Source: a virus (Duplodnaviria; Heunggongvirae; Uroviricota; Caudoviricetes). From it: 64,000 nucleotides of DNA. Position numbers and translations under genes: made by a program. The stretch covers positions 181,394 through 245,393 of IMG/VR virus record IMGVR_UViG_3300042997_001281. One strand, written 5' to 3'. Below the pieces are notes generated by a model. It was not told where the DNA came from. It did not search any database and saw only the letters and a program-made list of their open reading frames with translations. Position 1 is the first letter of the stretch. Every line of letters begins with the position of its first letter. Shown here piece by piece: positions 1 to 10,025 of this stretch.

Positions 1-42
1 CAACACACCATTATGGAAATTACTCAGATATTACAGTTTTAA
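1..42 (+). CDS. 3' end of an upstream gene truncated by the window edge (…QHTIMEITQILQF*)
   Basis: Frame 1 is open from position 1 to TAA at 40-42. It is a different frame from the giant ORF that follows. Confidence 0.2.
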   Translation, partial: QHTIMEITQILQF

Positions 43-161
43 TTAACTCAAGATATTCAGGTAATCCATTTAGATACATTCGTATTCAAGATGGTTCAAC
101 ATACGATGGTGCATTACTTCAAGTTTATATAGACCAAAGTAGTTCTACGGTACAAGCATGG

Positions 162-3100
162 ATGTTGGAAAATATCCAATCAAGCGGTTGGGTTATTAAA
201 GATTGGGTTGATGAGGCTGTTGACCCTGGAGATGTAAGTAATTTCCCCGCATTGACCGAAACTCCAGCACAAGTTGACCTTGACCAAACACCACAAGGTG
301 GTATGATTGTGACGGGACCAATCTACGGTGGTGGAGACATAACACAATATGAGTATTTGAATACAAACAACTATTCAACTACAACAGATACAAGATATTA
401 TACAGAAACTGAAATCGCCAACTTCTTTGGAGGTTCGGTTGCGATAACAGGATATAACAAATCAAATTGGGATACCGCATATGGATGGGGTAACCACGCA
501 AGTCAGGGTTATGCAACCACAGGTTATGTACAAACACAAATTACGAACCTGATTGATGGGGCACCTTCAGCACTTGATACTTTAAATGAATTGGCGGCGG
601 CGTTAGGTGACGATGCGAACTTCGCAACAACGATTGCGAGTTCAATCGGAGCAAAACTTCCATTATCGGGAGGTACAATGACCGGTAACATTGCATTCGG
701 TGCAACATCAAACTTAGGTTTAACATGGGGAGTGAATACCGATGCTGCATTCATCAAGTTTATTTCAACAAGTAACGCCGCTGGTGGTTCATACTTAGAA
801 ATCGGTACACAGGATGATAGTGATGAAGAAATTAAATTCACACAATCAGGTAATGTTAGATTCTATTTGGCGACAGATGGTTTCCTTAGAAATGGTGCCG
901 GTTACAAATATGTTTTTGAAAATGGTACTTGGGGTATCAATATATCAGGAAATGCCGCAACGGTAACTAATGGTGTTTACGATAACGGTACATATAGTAA
1001 CCCTTCATGGATTACCGCACTTGCCGGTTCAAAAATCACAGGTAATATTACCGGAAACGCATACAATATTACTCAATATACAATCAACCAAGATTTAGGT
1101 ACAAGTAATAGTCCAACATTCTCAAGTGTTACCGCAACGGCATATAACACAACGTATTCACCATTAAGAGATAAGTTTAGATTATGGGGTACATCTAGTG
1201 AGTATGCAATTGGTATGATGAATGGAATGACATATGGTGGTCTTAATGACTACGCAATGACTTTCCAATTCAATAGTGAAGACGATAGAGGTTTTTGGTG
1301 GGGTGATACTGCTCATAGTGATGCACAAGGTGCAATGGCACTTACAACCAATGGTTACTTAACAGTTGCTAGAGGTGTTAGAGTTGGTTATGGTGAATCA
1401 GATACAGCAACACCAAACGTTCCATTACAAGTTTATGGTTCAGGTAGTTTAGTATTTGATGTTCAAGGTTCACAAGGACAATTGTTCTCAATAACCGATA
1501 GTTTATCGGGTTCATTATTCTCAGTTAACGATATTTCAGGTTTACCAATATTAGAGGTATTCTCTGATGACAAATTAGTTGCGGGTTCATTCGGAACAAA
1601 CGCATTTGTTGTTAGTGGAACAACAACAACAGTAAGTGGTTCATTTGCGGTTAGTGGTTCCGCAACAGTAAATGGTGGAACGGTATGGCACTCAGGAAAC
1701 GATGGGGCATCTTCAGGATTAGATGCTGATACCTTAGATGGTCTTCACGCATCTTCATTCTTAACTTCATATTCTGAAACGGATACATTGGCATCTGTAA
1801 CAGCAAGGGGAGCGTCAACCTCAACACAATCGGTGTTCACCGGAGGTTTAAATGCCAGAAAGAATCAAACCGATAATAACTACTCGACCGCAGCACTTAC
1901 AACTGAATCATATGGTAACACCACCACTGGTGTTGCGTTTCATATAAGTGGTAATGTTGGTAAGTTCTTAGAAATGAGAACTGATGGTGTTTTATATTGG
2001 GATAATTCAAAAGTGTGGACTGCGGGTACTGATGGGGCATCTTCAGGATTAGATGCCGATACCTTAGATGGTCTTCACGCATCTTCATTCTTAACTGCTC
2101 ACCCTTCAGTAAGTGCTGCAGGTTCATCGAACAACAGTGGACGCACATACATACAAGATATTTTATTGGATGGTTTTGGTCATATAACCGGTATCACTAC
2201 CGCGAGTGAGACTGTAACCGATACGAATGATTTTATTAGTGATGTTACTTTTGACGGCACTAATTTAACATTTACCGGTTCAGGAGGGGCGTTTAGTAGT
2301 CCGGTTGATATATCATCAGTTAACACCGATACGAACTATTACGTAACGGGAGCAACATTTAATACTTCAACTGGTGTTATCACCATGACAAGAAATGATG
2401 GTGGTACAGTCACGGTTGATATTGATGGAAAATATGCGGAATCATCACACACCCATTCGGTAATAGATGATATGACAGACGAACATCGTTTGTTCAATAA
2501 CATGGGTCAGAATCATAGTACCTACACCGATTTTAATAGTGTTGGAGACTTTGGAGCGAGATATGTGAATGGGTCAACAAACGGTCCGGGTACGGGTTCA
2601 TCACAATTCTACGGATTTACTTTGGGACTTGGTAATGATTATTCATTTGCTAACTACGCAATGCAGTTGGCAATCCCAAGATATAATACTTCTGATAGGT
2701 ATGTAACATTTAGAACAAGAGAAGCAACTACGTGGGGTTCTTGGTATAAGATTTATGCGGGTTATGCCGATACTGCTGGTGCGTTGAGTAGTATGAATAT
2801 TTCTCAGTTTACAAATAATAGTGGATACATAACTGGTTATTCTGAAACCGATACATTAGATAGTGTACTTTCTCGTGGGGCATCAACAACAAGAACTGCC
2901 GAGTTTTATCAAACATCAAATACATTTATTAATACAGTTGCCGCCGCTAATAGGGGATTAACTGTCTACCAAGATACCGCAGGTGCTGATGCATATATGA
3001 CATTCCACATTGGTGGAGATTATGCGGGTTACTTCGGATTAGGTGGTGCAGAAAATGACTTAGTATGGGGTGGATGGTCAGTAGGTAACGTTAGATATAG

Positions 3101-6100
3101 AATTTGGCATTCTGGTAATGATGGAAGTGGAAGTGGGTTGGATGCGGATACTCTTGATGGTCAACACGCATCTGCGTTCTTAACAGGTCACCCTTCAGTA
3201 AGTGCTGCTGGTTCTTCAGACAACTCAGGTAGAACTTACATACAAGACATTTTATTAGATAGTTTTGGTCACATCACCGGAATCACCACCGCAAGTGAAA
3301 CAGTTGTTGATACCGACACAAATTATTATGTAACCGGAGCAACATTTAATACATCAACTGGTGTTATCACCATGACAAGAAATGATGGCGGTACTGTAAC
3401 AGTTGATATCGATGGTAAGTACCAAGAGGCGGGAACGTATCTTGGGGCAATTAGTTACAACAATAATAGTAACAGTAACTATCAATTATTATGGGGTTCA
3501 GGAAATGCGGTTTATGGAACCGCTGAAGTTTATGTAAATCCATCAACTGATTACGTTTATGCCGCTTCATTTAACGCAAGTGATTGGTTTAGAAGTAGTG
3601 GAAATACTGGTTGGTACAACTCAACACATGGTGGTGGTATCTACCAAACCGAATCAACAATGGTTCGAACTTATGATAATAGAGGTCTTTGGATTGATGG
3701 TGGAAATAGTAACACAGTTCAAGATGCCACTTTATATGTAACCGCAACAAACAACAATGACTGGTTGGCACAGTTCAACGCATATAACAGTTCTAAATCA
3801 GAATATGGTATTTATGTAAACATTGCCGCAGGGGCCACTTATGGTTACGCATTAAGAACGGACAGTTCATCATTCACATATAGAGTAGATGGTTCAGGTA
3901 GAGTTTACGCACCAATTTACTACGATATTAATGACACCGCATATTATTTAAATCCGGCAAGTACTTCAAACTTATCAACTGTTAAATTAAACAGTACAGC
4001 AAGTGGAACAGAAGTATTCACGGTTGATGGTGTTAATGGTAGATTGTTTACAATCACAGATGATTTAAGTAACTCATTATTCTCAGTTAATACAATTGCG
4101 GGTGTTCCCGTAATTGAGGCGTTCGCTGATAATAAAGTTATAATGGGTCGTTATAATCAAAACGATTTCCATCTTAATACTAGTGGAAACATTGCGATGG
4201 GTGCATCACCCGTTTCAGGAGTTAAACTCTTTGTTAACGGAAATGTCTCAATAGGTGGAGCCAACTCCGGATATACTTTTTATAACAACGGAACATCATA
4301 CTTCAATGGTTCTGTTTATGTTGATGACAACTTAACAATTGCCGGTGGTTATGCATTAAAAGGTAACTACGGTAGTTGGACAGGAGAAGAAAACAAAATT
4401 CAATGGCACTCAAACAATTTATATTTCCAAAACACAGGTGGAGGTGATTTTGTATTTAGAAACGGTGGTGCGACCAATATAGTAACAATAACCAATGCGG
4501 GGGCATTAACGGCAACTTCACTTGTTAAGAGTGGAGGAAGTTCTTCTCAGTTCTTAATGGCCGACGGTAGTGTATCCACAAATCCTGGATGGATTACATC
4601 GTATGTTGATACCAATAACTACACCACGGGAGTAACGTGGAATGGGTCAACTGCGGTTCTAACATTCACCAGAAATAATGGTGACACATATAACGTCACC
4701 ATGTTGGAGTCCATTTCGGACGTTACAGTTACGGGTGGTACGTACAGTGCAGGTACATTAACACTTACCAAATCAAACGGAGGAACTGTAACAGTTACTG
4801 GTTTCTCGGTTGTTACTGACACCAACACCTATGTAACAGGTGCAACATTCAACACTGGTAATGGTGTTATCACCATGACAAGAACCGACGGTGGAACTGT
4901 GACAGTTGATATCGATGGTAGATATTTGGAATCATATTCTGAAACCGATACATTAGCGTCTGTAACAACAAGAGGAGCATCAACAACAAATGACATAACC
5001 ATTGGTGGTTTAACCGTTGGTGGTTCATTATCAAGAGGTACATATACAACGGAATCAAATTATGTAACGGGTGCGGATAACATCGTATTAAAAGGTAACA
5101 GTACTGGTGTTAGTGGTATCTTCTTCGAATCTGAAAGAGATGGCTCAAATATTAATCACCCATCTGATTTTGGTTTCATTCAATATCATGCATTTGGTAT
5201 TGGAGGTTCGTCAGGTGAATCGAATAGATTGGTTATCGGTGTATCAAATGATGCGGATGATATAATCGTATTGAATCCTGTTAACACAAACGGATTGGTT
5301 GTTAGGATTGGTGCAGGTCTGACAGAGTACACAGTATATCACTCAGGAAACATCCCAACGTGGAACCAAAACACATCAGGAAATGCGGCAACCGCAACAT
5401 ATGCAACCACAGCAGGTTCCGCACCAAACGCGAGTAATCTAAACGCATCTTATGGTGTAACAGCGGGTGCTGGTAATGGATTAAAATTCTGGGGAGGTTC
5501 TGATTTATATAAAATCCACATGGGTAACAGTGCCGAATATCATTATGGTCCGGTTACCGATTATTCTATAAAGACCAACATTGATAGTAATGGGGCAACT
5601 AGAGGATTTACTTGGGGAACTGATGGTGGTACACCAATTGCTGCATTAAATGTGGGTAATGGTAATATGCAAATTGCCGGAACATTTACAGCGTCAAACT
5701 TTAGTGGTTCTTCTTCAGGAACAAACACTGGAGACCAAACTAATATTAGTGGAAATGCGGCAACTGCAACATATGCAACCACCGCAGGTGCACTAACCTC
5801 AATGAACATTTCTCAGTTCACAAACAACAGTGGTTATATTACATCATATGTCGATACAAACTATTATGTAACAGGTGCAACCTTCAATACATCAACTGGT
5901 GTTATCACATTAACAAGAAATGACGGTGGTACGGTGACTGTTCCTAATTTGGATGGAAGATACCAACTACTTGGTACTTATTTAACTGCTCACCCATCGG
6001 TGGCTGCGGCATCTTCATCCGACAACTCAGGAAGAACTTACATTCAAGATATATTATTAGATAGTTTTGGACACGTTATAGGTTTATCGACAGCAACTGA

Positions 6101-8441
6101 AACAGTAACTGACAATTATATAACGGGAGCCACATTCAATACATCAACTGGTGTTATCACCATGACAAGAAATGACGGTGGTACTGTAACTGTTGATATT
6201 GATGGTAGATATTTGGAATCGTATTCTGAAACAGATACGTTAGCGTCTGTAACTGCAAGAGGTGCAAGTACTTCAACCAACCTCACATTTTCGGGAGATA
6301 ATGGTTTCTCGGGAATAAACACATTCTCAAACTCATATAATGAATTTGGTGATGGACATGGTAGCGTCTCAAATGATGGTGGTTGGAATGCAAGAGTAAA
6401 CATTGCAGGTACGGCACATGCAAGACTTGATGTTGTTTCAGTAAGTGACGGAATCATAACATCCATGTATTCCCACACCGGAAACGGAGCGGGTAAAATG
6501 GGTACAATGTCAAACCATCCATTAAACTTAATTGTAAATGGTAATGTTAGAACAACTTTAGATGCATCAGGTAATTTAGGTGTGACTGGAACAATAACCG
6601 GTACCGATATTTATGCGAGTAATTGGTTTAGAAATACCCAATCAAACGACGGTTTTTATAATGAGGTAACAACACAGCACTTGTCCTCAAATTCAAATGG
6701 ATATTGGGATATGTCAAGTACCACAACTTATTCTGGTATTAGGTTCTACACGGGTGGTCACGTAAGTGCATTAAGAGGTTATATATACGCAAACACCTCA
6801 AATGAAATTGGTTTCTTAAACACAGGTGGAAACTGGTCGTTACGTTGTGATAACTCACAAAACGTTCACGTTACAACTGCAGTATATGCACCAATTTACT
6901 ACGATAGTAACGACACAAATTATTACTTAAATCCAGCAAGTACCTCAAACTTAAAAACTGTTAAGGTTAATAGTACGGTTGCCGGAACTGAGGCATTGAC
7001 CGTTGATGGTGTTAATGGTAGATTGTTTACAATCACCGATGACATGACCGATTCAATCTTCTCGGTTAACACAATTTCAGGTTTACCTGTGATTGAGGCA
7101 TTTGCCGATTACACAGTTGTAATGGGTAGATATGGTCTAAATGATTTCAAGATAGATAATGCAGGTGCCGTAACTATTAGAGGTAACACAGTATGGCACG
7201 CAGGAAATGACGGAGCGAGTTCGGGACTTGATGCCGACTTATTAGATGGTCAACATGGTTCATACTACGCGGCGGCATCTTCGTTAAGTTCTTATCTACC
7301 TTTAGGTGGAGGTACAATGACCGGTACTATAACAATAACAAATACCGATATAAGAAGTAATTCTACTTCTAACTGGACGGGTGACCCAGGTACACAAGGA
7401 AAAATACAATATCACTCAGCAAGATGGTATATAGTATCTGACAGTGCTTCGGATAGAATTGTTCAGTTTAGAAGAAACGGAACCGATGTATCTTACATTG
7501 ATAATAGTGGTAATTTTATAGGTAACGCGTCCACCGCAACCAATGTTGATTATGGTGGATTAACTGGAACAGTTCCGACGTGGAACCAAAACACATCAGG
7601 AAATGCGGCAACCGCAACATATGCAACCACCGCAGGTGCACTAACCTCAATGAACATTTCTCAGTTCACAAACAACAGTGGATACATCACATCATATGTC
7701 GATACAAACTATTATGTGACCGGAGCAACATTCAATACGTCAACCGGTGTTATCACCATGACAAGAAATGACGGTGGAACTGTAACAGTTGATATCGATG
7801 GAAAATACGCTGAGTCATCACACACTCATGACGACAGATACTTTACAGAAACAGAGTCAGATGCTCGTTTCCAACCATTAGAGAATCAAAGAGTATCAAC
7901 TAGTAACTCACCAACATTTGTTGACATTTATGCCAACAATTGGTTTAGAAATAATCAGGTAAATGAAGGTCTTTATAATGAGGCTACGAATAACCATTGG
8001 TATTCAGAAAACAACGCAAGTTGGACAGTTGGTTCTACAAACGCATCTTACGGTGAAATAAGAATGAGATTGGGTCACCAAGGAACCTACAAAGGTAGTT
8101 TCTATTGGGACGCTGCGGGTATTGGAATATTAAATGAAATCGGTGGATGGGGTGTTAGAGTGAACTATGGTGGTTCATATGGTGGTACAATATATGGTTC
8201 TTGGAATACAACAGGACACTTCTTACCAACCACAAATAACGCATACGATTTGGGTTCAGCATCATTAGGTTGGAGAAACATTTACACGAATGACTTACAC
8301 CTAAGTAACATGAATAAACCCGAAGGTAACGATATTGACGGAACAAGTGGTACGTGGACAATCCAAGAGGGTGATGAAAACCTATACATAATCAATAACT
8401 TAAATGGTAAGAAATACCGCATAACTTTGGAAGAAATTTAA
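162..8441 (+). CDS. Giant modular tail fibre / receptor-binding structural protein (2759 aa)
   Basis: ORF of 8.3 kb that is rich in G/S/T/N. It contains repeated sequence modules: SGLDADTLDG(L/Q)HASxFLT four times, HPSVSAAGSSxNSGRTYIQDILLDxFGHITGITTASETV three times, YVTGATFNTSTGVITMTRNDGGTVTVDIDGKY at least five times, SGNAATATYATTAG three times and YAPIYYDxNDTxYYLNPASTSNL twice. Its position and composition are typical of phage fibres. The first in-frame ATG follows an upstream in-frame TAA at 45-47. Confidence 0.8.
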   Translation: MLENIQSSGWVIKDWVDEAVDPGDVSNFPALTETPAQVDLDQTPQGGMIVTGPIYGGGDITQYEYLNTNNYSTTTDTRYYTETEIANFFGGSVAITGYNKSNWDTAYGWGNHASQGYATTGYVQTQITNLIDGAPSALDTLNELAAALGDDANFATTIASSIGAKLPLSGGTMTGNIAFGATSNLGLTWGVNTDAAFIKFISTSNAAGGSYLEIGTQDDSDEEIKFTQSGNVRFYLATDGFLRNGAGYKYVFENGTWGINISGNAATVTNGVYDNGTYSNPSWITALAGSKITGNITGNAYNITQYTINQDLGTSNSPTFSSVTATAYNTTYSPLRDKFRLWGTSSEYAIGMMNGMTYGGLNDYAMTFQFNSEDDRGFWWGDTAHSDAQGAMALTTNGYLTVARGVRVGYGESDTATPNVPLQVYGSGSLVFDVQGSQGQLFSITDSLSGSLFSVNDISGLPILEVFSDDKLVAGSFGTNAFVVSGTTTTVSGSFAVSGSATVNGGTVWHSGNDGASSGLDADTLDGLHASSFLTSYSETDTLASVTARGASTSTQSVFTGGLNARKNQTDNNYSTAALTTESYGNTTTGVAFHISGNVGKFLEMRTDGVLYWDNSKVWTAGTDGASSGLDADTLDGLHASSFLTAHPSVSAAGSSNNSGRTYIQDILLDGFGHITGITTASETVTDTNDFISDVTFDGTNLTFTGSGGAFSSPVDISSVNTDTNYYVTGATFNTSTGVITMTRNDGGTVTVDIDGKYAESSHTHSVIDDMTDEHRLFNNMGQNHSTYTDFNSVGDFGARYVNGSTNGPGTGSSQFYGFTLGLGNDYSFANYAMQLAIPRYNTSDRYVTFRTREATTWGSWYKIYAGYADTAGALSSMNISQFTNNSGYITGYSETDTLDSVLSRGASTTRTAEFYQTSNTFINTVAAANRGLTVYQDTAGADAYMTFHIGGDYAGYFGLGGAENDLVWGGWSVGNVRYRIWHSGNDGSGSGLDADTLDGQHASAFLTGHPSVSAAGSSDNSGRTYIQDILLDSFGHITGITTASETVVDTDTNYYVTGATFNTSTGVITMTRNDGGTVTVDIDGKYQEAGTYLGAISYNNNSNSNYQLLWGSGNAVYGTAEVYVNPSTDYVYAASFNASDWFRSSGNTGWYNSTHGGGIYQTESTMVRTYDNRGLWIDGGNSNTVQDATLYVTATNNNDWLAQFNAYNSSKSEYGIYVNIAAGATYGYALRTDSSSFTYRVDGSGRVYAPIYYDINDTAYYLNPASTSNLSTVKLNSTASGTEVFTVDGVNGRLFTITDDLSNSLFSVNTIAGVPVIEAFADNKVIMGRYNQNDFHLNTSGNIAMGASPVSGVKLFVNGNVSIGGANSGYTFYNNGTSYFNGSVYVDDNLTIAGGYALKGNYGSWTGEENKIQWHSNNLYFQNTGGGDFVFRNGGATNIVTITNAGALTATSLVKSGGSSSQFLMADGSVSTNPGWITSYVDTNNYTTGVTWNGSTAVLTFTRNNGDTYNVTMLESISDVTVTGGTYSAGTLTLTKSNGGTVTVTGFSVVTDTNTYVTGATFNTGNGVITMTRTDGGTVTVDIDGRYLESYSETDTLASVTTRGASTTNDITIGGLTVGGSLSRGTYTTESNYVTGADNIVLKGNSTGVSGIFFESERDGSNINHPSDFGFIQYHAFGIGGSSGESNRLVIGVSNDADDIIVLNPVNTNGLVVRIGAGLTEYTVYHSGNIPTWNQNTSGNAATATYATTAGSAPNASNLNASYGVTAGAGNGLKFWGGSDLYKIHMGNSAEYHYGPVTDYSIKTNIDSNGATRGFTWGTDGGTPIAALNVGNGNMQIAGTFTASNFSGSSSGTNTGDQTNISGNAATATYATTAGALTSMNISQFTNNSGYITSYVDTNYYVTGATFNTSTGVITLTRNDGGTVTVPNLDGRYQLLGTYLTAHPSVAAASSSDNSGRTYIQDILLDSFGHVIGLSTATETVTDNYITGATFNTSTGVITMTRNDGGTVTVDIDGRYLESYSETDTLASVTARGASTSTNLTFSGDNGFSGINTFSNSYNEFGDGHGSVSNDGGWNARVNIAGTAHARLDVVSVSDGIITSMYSHTGNGAGKMGTMSNHPLNLIVNGNVRTTLDASGNLGVTGTITGTDIYASNWFRNTQSNDGFYNEVTTQHLSSNSNGYWDMSSTTTYSGIRFYTGGHVSALRGYIYANTSNEIGFLNTGGNWSLRCDNSQNVHVTTAVYAPIYYDSNDTNYYLNPASTSNLKTVKVNSTVAGTEALTVDGVNGRLFTITDDMTDSIFSVNTISGLPVIEAFADYTVVMGRYGLNDFKIDNAGAVTIRGNTVWHAGNDGASSGLDADLLDGQHGSYYAAASSLSSYLPLGGGTMTGTITITNTDIRSNSTSNWTGDPGTQGKIQYHSARWYIVSDSASDRIVQFRRNGTDVSYIDNSGNFIGNASTATNVDYGGLTGTVPTWNQNTSGNAATATYATTAGALTSMNISQFTNNSGYITSYVDTNYYVTGATFNTSTGVITMTRNDGGTVTVDIDGKYAESSHTHDDRYFTETESDARFQPLENQRVSTSNSPTFVDIYANNWFRNNQVNEGLYNEATNNHWYSENNASWTVGSTNASYGEIRMRLGHQGTYKGSFYWDAAGIGILNEIGGWGVRVNYGGSYGGTIYGSWNTTGHFLPTTNNAYDLGSASLGWRNIYTNDLHLSNMNKPEGNDIDGTSGTWTIQEGDENLYIINNLNGKKYRITLEEI

Positions 8442-8442
8442 T

Positions 8443-9213
8443 ATGGCGTTATATCTAAAAAATAATGAAATCACTAGTACCGATATTACATCAACAGGAG
8501 TTTTTAAACAAAAATATAATAGAGATGGATTGATACTACATTTGGATGCAACCGATAAAGATTCATATCCTGGTAGTGGAACAACGTGGTTTGATTTAAG
8601 TCCTCTCGGAAATAATTTTGAAATAAATGCATCGGCGTTTAATTCAGCAACCGCAATTAAATATATGGACTTTAATGGTTCATATGGTTGTGCAAAAAAA
8701 CAGAGTTCGGATTTAATTGTGTCAGGTAATGTGACAATCTGTCTTTGGACTAGAGTTAAAAACAGTACTGCGGAATGGAGAACATTACTTAGGGGTTTAA
8801 GTTCAGGACAAGACCACCATGTCATTATACAATCGGGTGCATGGGACATTGGAATGTACGATAACACAAATGGAACAGGTTTTAACAATTCAGGATTTAG
8901 TCAACAGAGTTTACCGGGTTACCCATCATCGTGGGTTTTCATGGTTTGGAGATTTTTTGATACGGAGGCACCTTATTATGAATTTGGATATAACGATAGT
9001 GCGAGTTTTAAACGTGGTAGTATTAGTAGTATAAATTCAAGATTTAAACACGGATTTTGTTCCATAGGTGCATACAACAATGGTTCACAAAATGATGTTA
9101 ACAATGCAAGTCAATATTGGGGCGACATTTCAATGATTAGTCTCTACAATAGAATTTTAAATCCATATGAAATTTTAGAGAACTATAACGCTACAGTTAA
9201 TAACTATTTTTAA
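8443..9213 (+). CDS. LamG / concanavalin-A-like lectin domain protein, probably a fibre-associated adhesin
   Basis: C-terminal motif ISMISLYNRILNPYEILENY matches the LamG signature (…LYNRALSxxEI). It starts 1 nt after the fibre stop codon. Confidence 0.65.
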   Translation: MALYLKNNEITSTDITSTGVFKQKYNRDGLILHLDATDKDSYPGSGTTWFDLSPLGNNFEINASAFNSATAIKYMDFNGSYGCAKKQSSDLIVSGNVTICLWTRVKNSTAEWRTLLRGLSSGQDHHVIIQSGAWDIGMYDNTNGTGFNNSGFSQQSLPGYPSSWVFMVWRFFDTEAPYYEFGYNDSASFKRGSISSINSRFKHGFCSIGAYNNGSQNDVNNASQYWGDISMISLYNRILNPYEILENYNATVNNYF

Positions 9214-9229
9214 CTATAATTAATATAAT

Positions 9230-10018
9230 ATGTCAATAGCAATTGGAGGTAACGTATTAGGTGCGGATGATTTTAGCCCAACGGGTACAACGATACATCC
9301 ACCCGAATTAGTAACTAGAGGAATTACCTTATGGTTAGACGCGGCCAATGATTATTCTTTTAAAAATACGTCCAATTATTATGATTGTGGTTATGGGTGT
9401 CAATATTATTCATCAAATCCCGGATGTGTCAATTGTAACACAATATGGAGAGATATGAGTGGTTACGGTTACGATGCAACTATTGAATCGGGAGCACAAA
9501 TCATATATGACCAAGGTAATGGTAGTGCTAACTTTCAATCGGCATTGAGTTCTAAATGTCGAAGTCAAATTAGACCATCTGGTGCTCGAAGTTATTTTAT
9601 TTGGATTAAATATAAAAATTTAGACGGTACGGGTGGTTATTCACTTACCGGAACACAAGACGCTGCAGGTTACACGTATCTTGGTATTCAAAATGGAGGT
9701 CAGGGATATTTTTATGCTGGTGCGGGTAATAACAGTGGTTTATATAATTATACTTTTGAAACTGGAATTTGGTATTATAACGGATTTGTACTTGACTCAG
9801 GTGGTGATGTTAGATTATATGTAAATGGTGTTTTAGTTGACTCTAAAGCTGCAGTTGGAGTTGGGGGAACCCCAACCAATGAATTTTTTGTTGGTTGTGT
9901 AAATAGTAATCACTTTATGGATGCATATATTCCAATGGTTCATATATATAATCGAGCACTAACAGAATCTGAAATAACACAAAACTTTAATAACGGAAGA
10001 GTTCGTTTTAAAATATAA
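9230..10018 (+). CDS. LamG / concanavalin-A-like lectin domain protein
   Basis: VRLYVNGVLVDSKAA … MVHIYNRALTESEITQNFNNG is the LamG signature. It looks like a paralogue of the preceding gene in fold. Confidence 0.65.
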   Translation: MSIAIGGNVLGADDFSPTGTTIHPPELVTRGITLWLDAANDYSFKNTSNYYDCGYGCQYYSSNPGCVNCNTIWRDMSGYGYDATIESGAQIIYDQGNGSANFQSALSSKCRSQIRPSGARSYFIWIKYKNLDGTGGYSLTGTQDAAGYTYLGIQNGGQGYFYAGAGNNSGLYNYTFETGIWYYNGFVLDSGGDVRLYVNGVLVDSKAAVGVGGTPTNEFFVGCVNSNHFMDAYIPMVHIYNRALTESEITQNFNNGRVRFKI

Positions 10019-10025
10019 ATAAGAC

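Noticed and set aside
196-8361. Numerous 60-120-aa ORFs on both strands inside the tail-fibre gene (for example 196-378, 524-841, 4619-4828, 6116-6478, 7580-7771 and 8155-8361)
   Set aside because: All are embedded in the 8.3-kb repeat-rich CDS, have low complexity and lack start signals. They are artefacts of six-frame translation.
162-8441. Possible diversity-generating retroelement targeting the fibre
   Set aside because: Internal repeats exist, but there is no reverse transcriptase gene and no template-repeat/variable-repeat pair with adenine-specific mismatches.
8400-8888. 162-aa minus-strand ORF spanning the fibre/LamG junction
   Set aside because: It overlaps two well-supported plus-strand genes that are translationally coupled.
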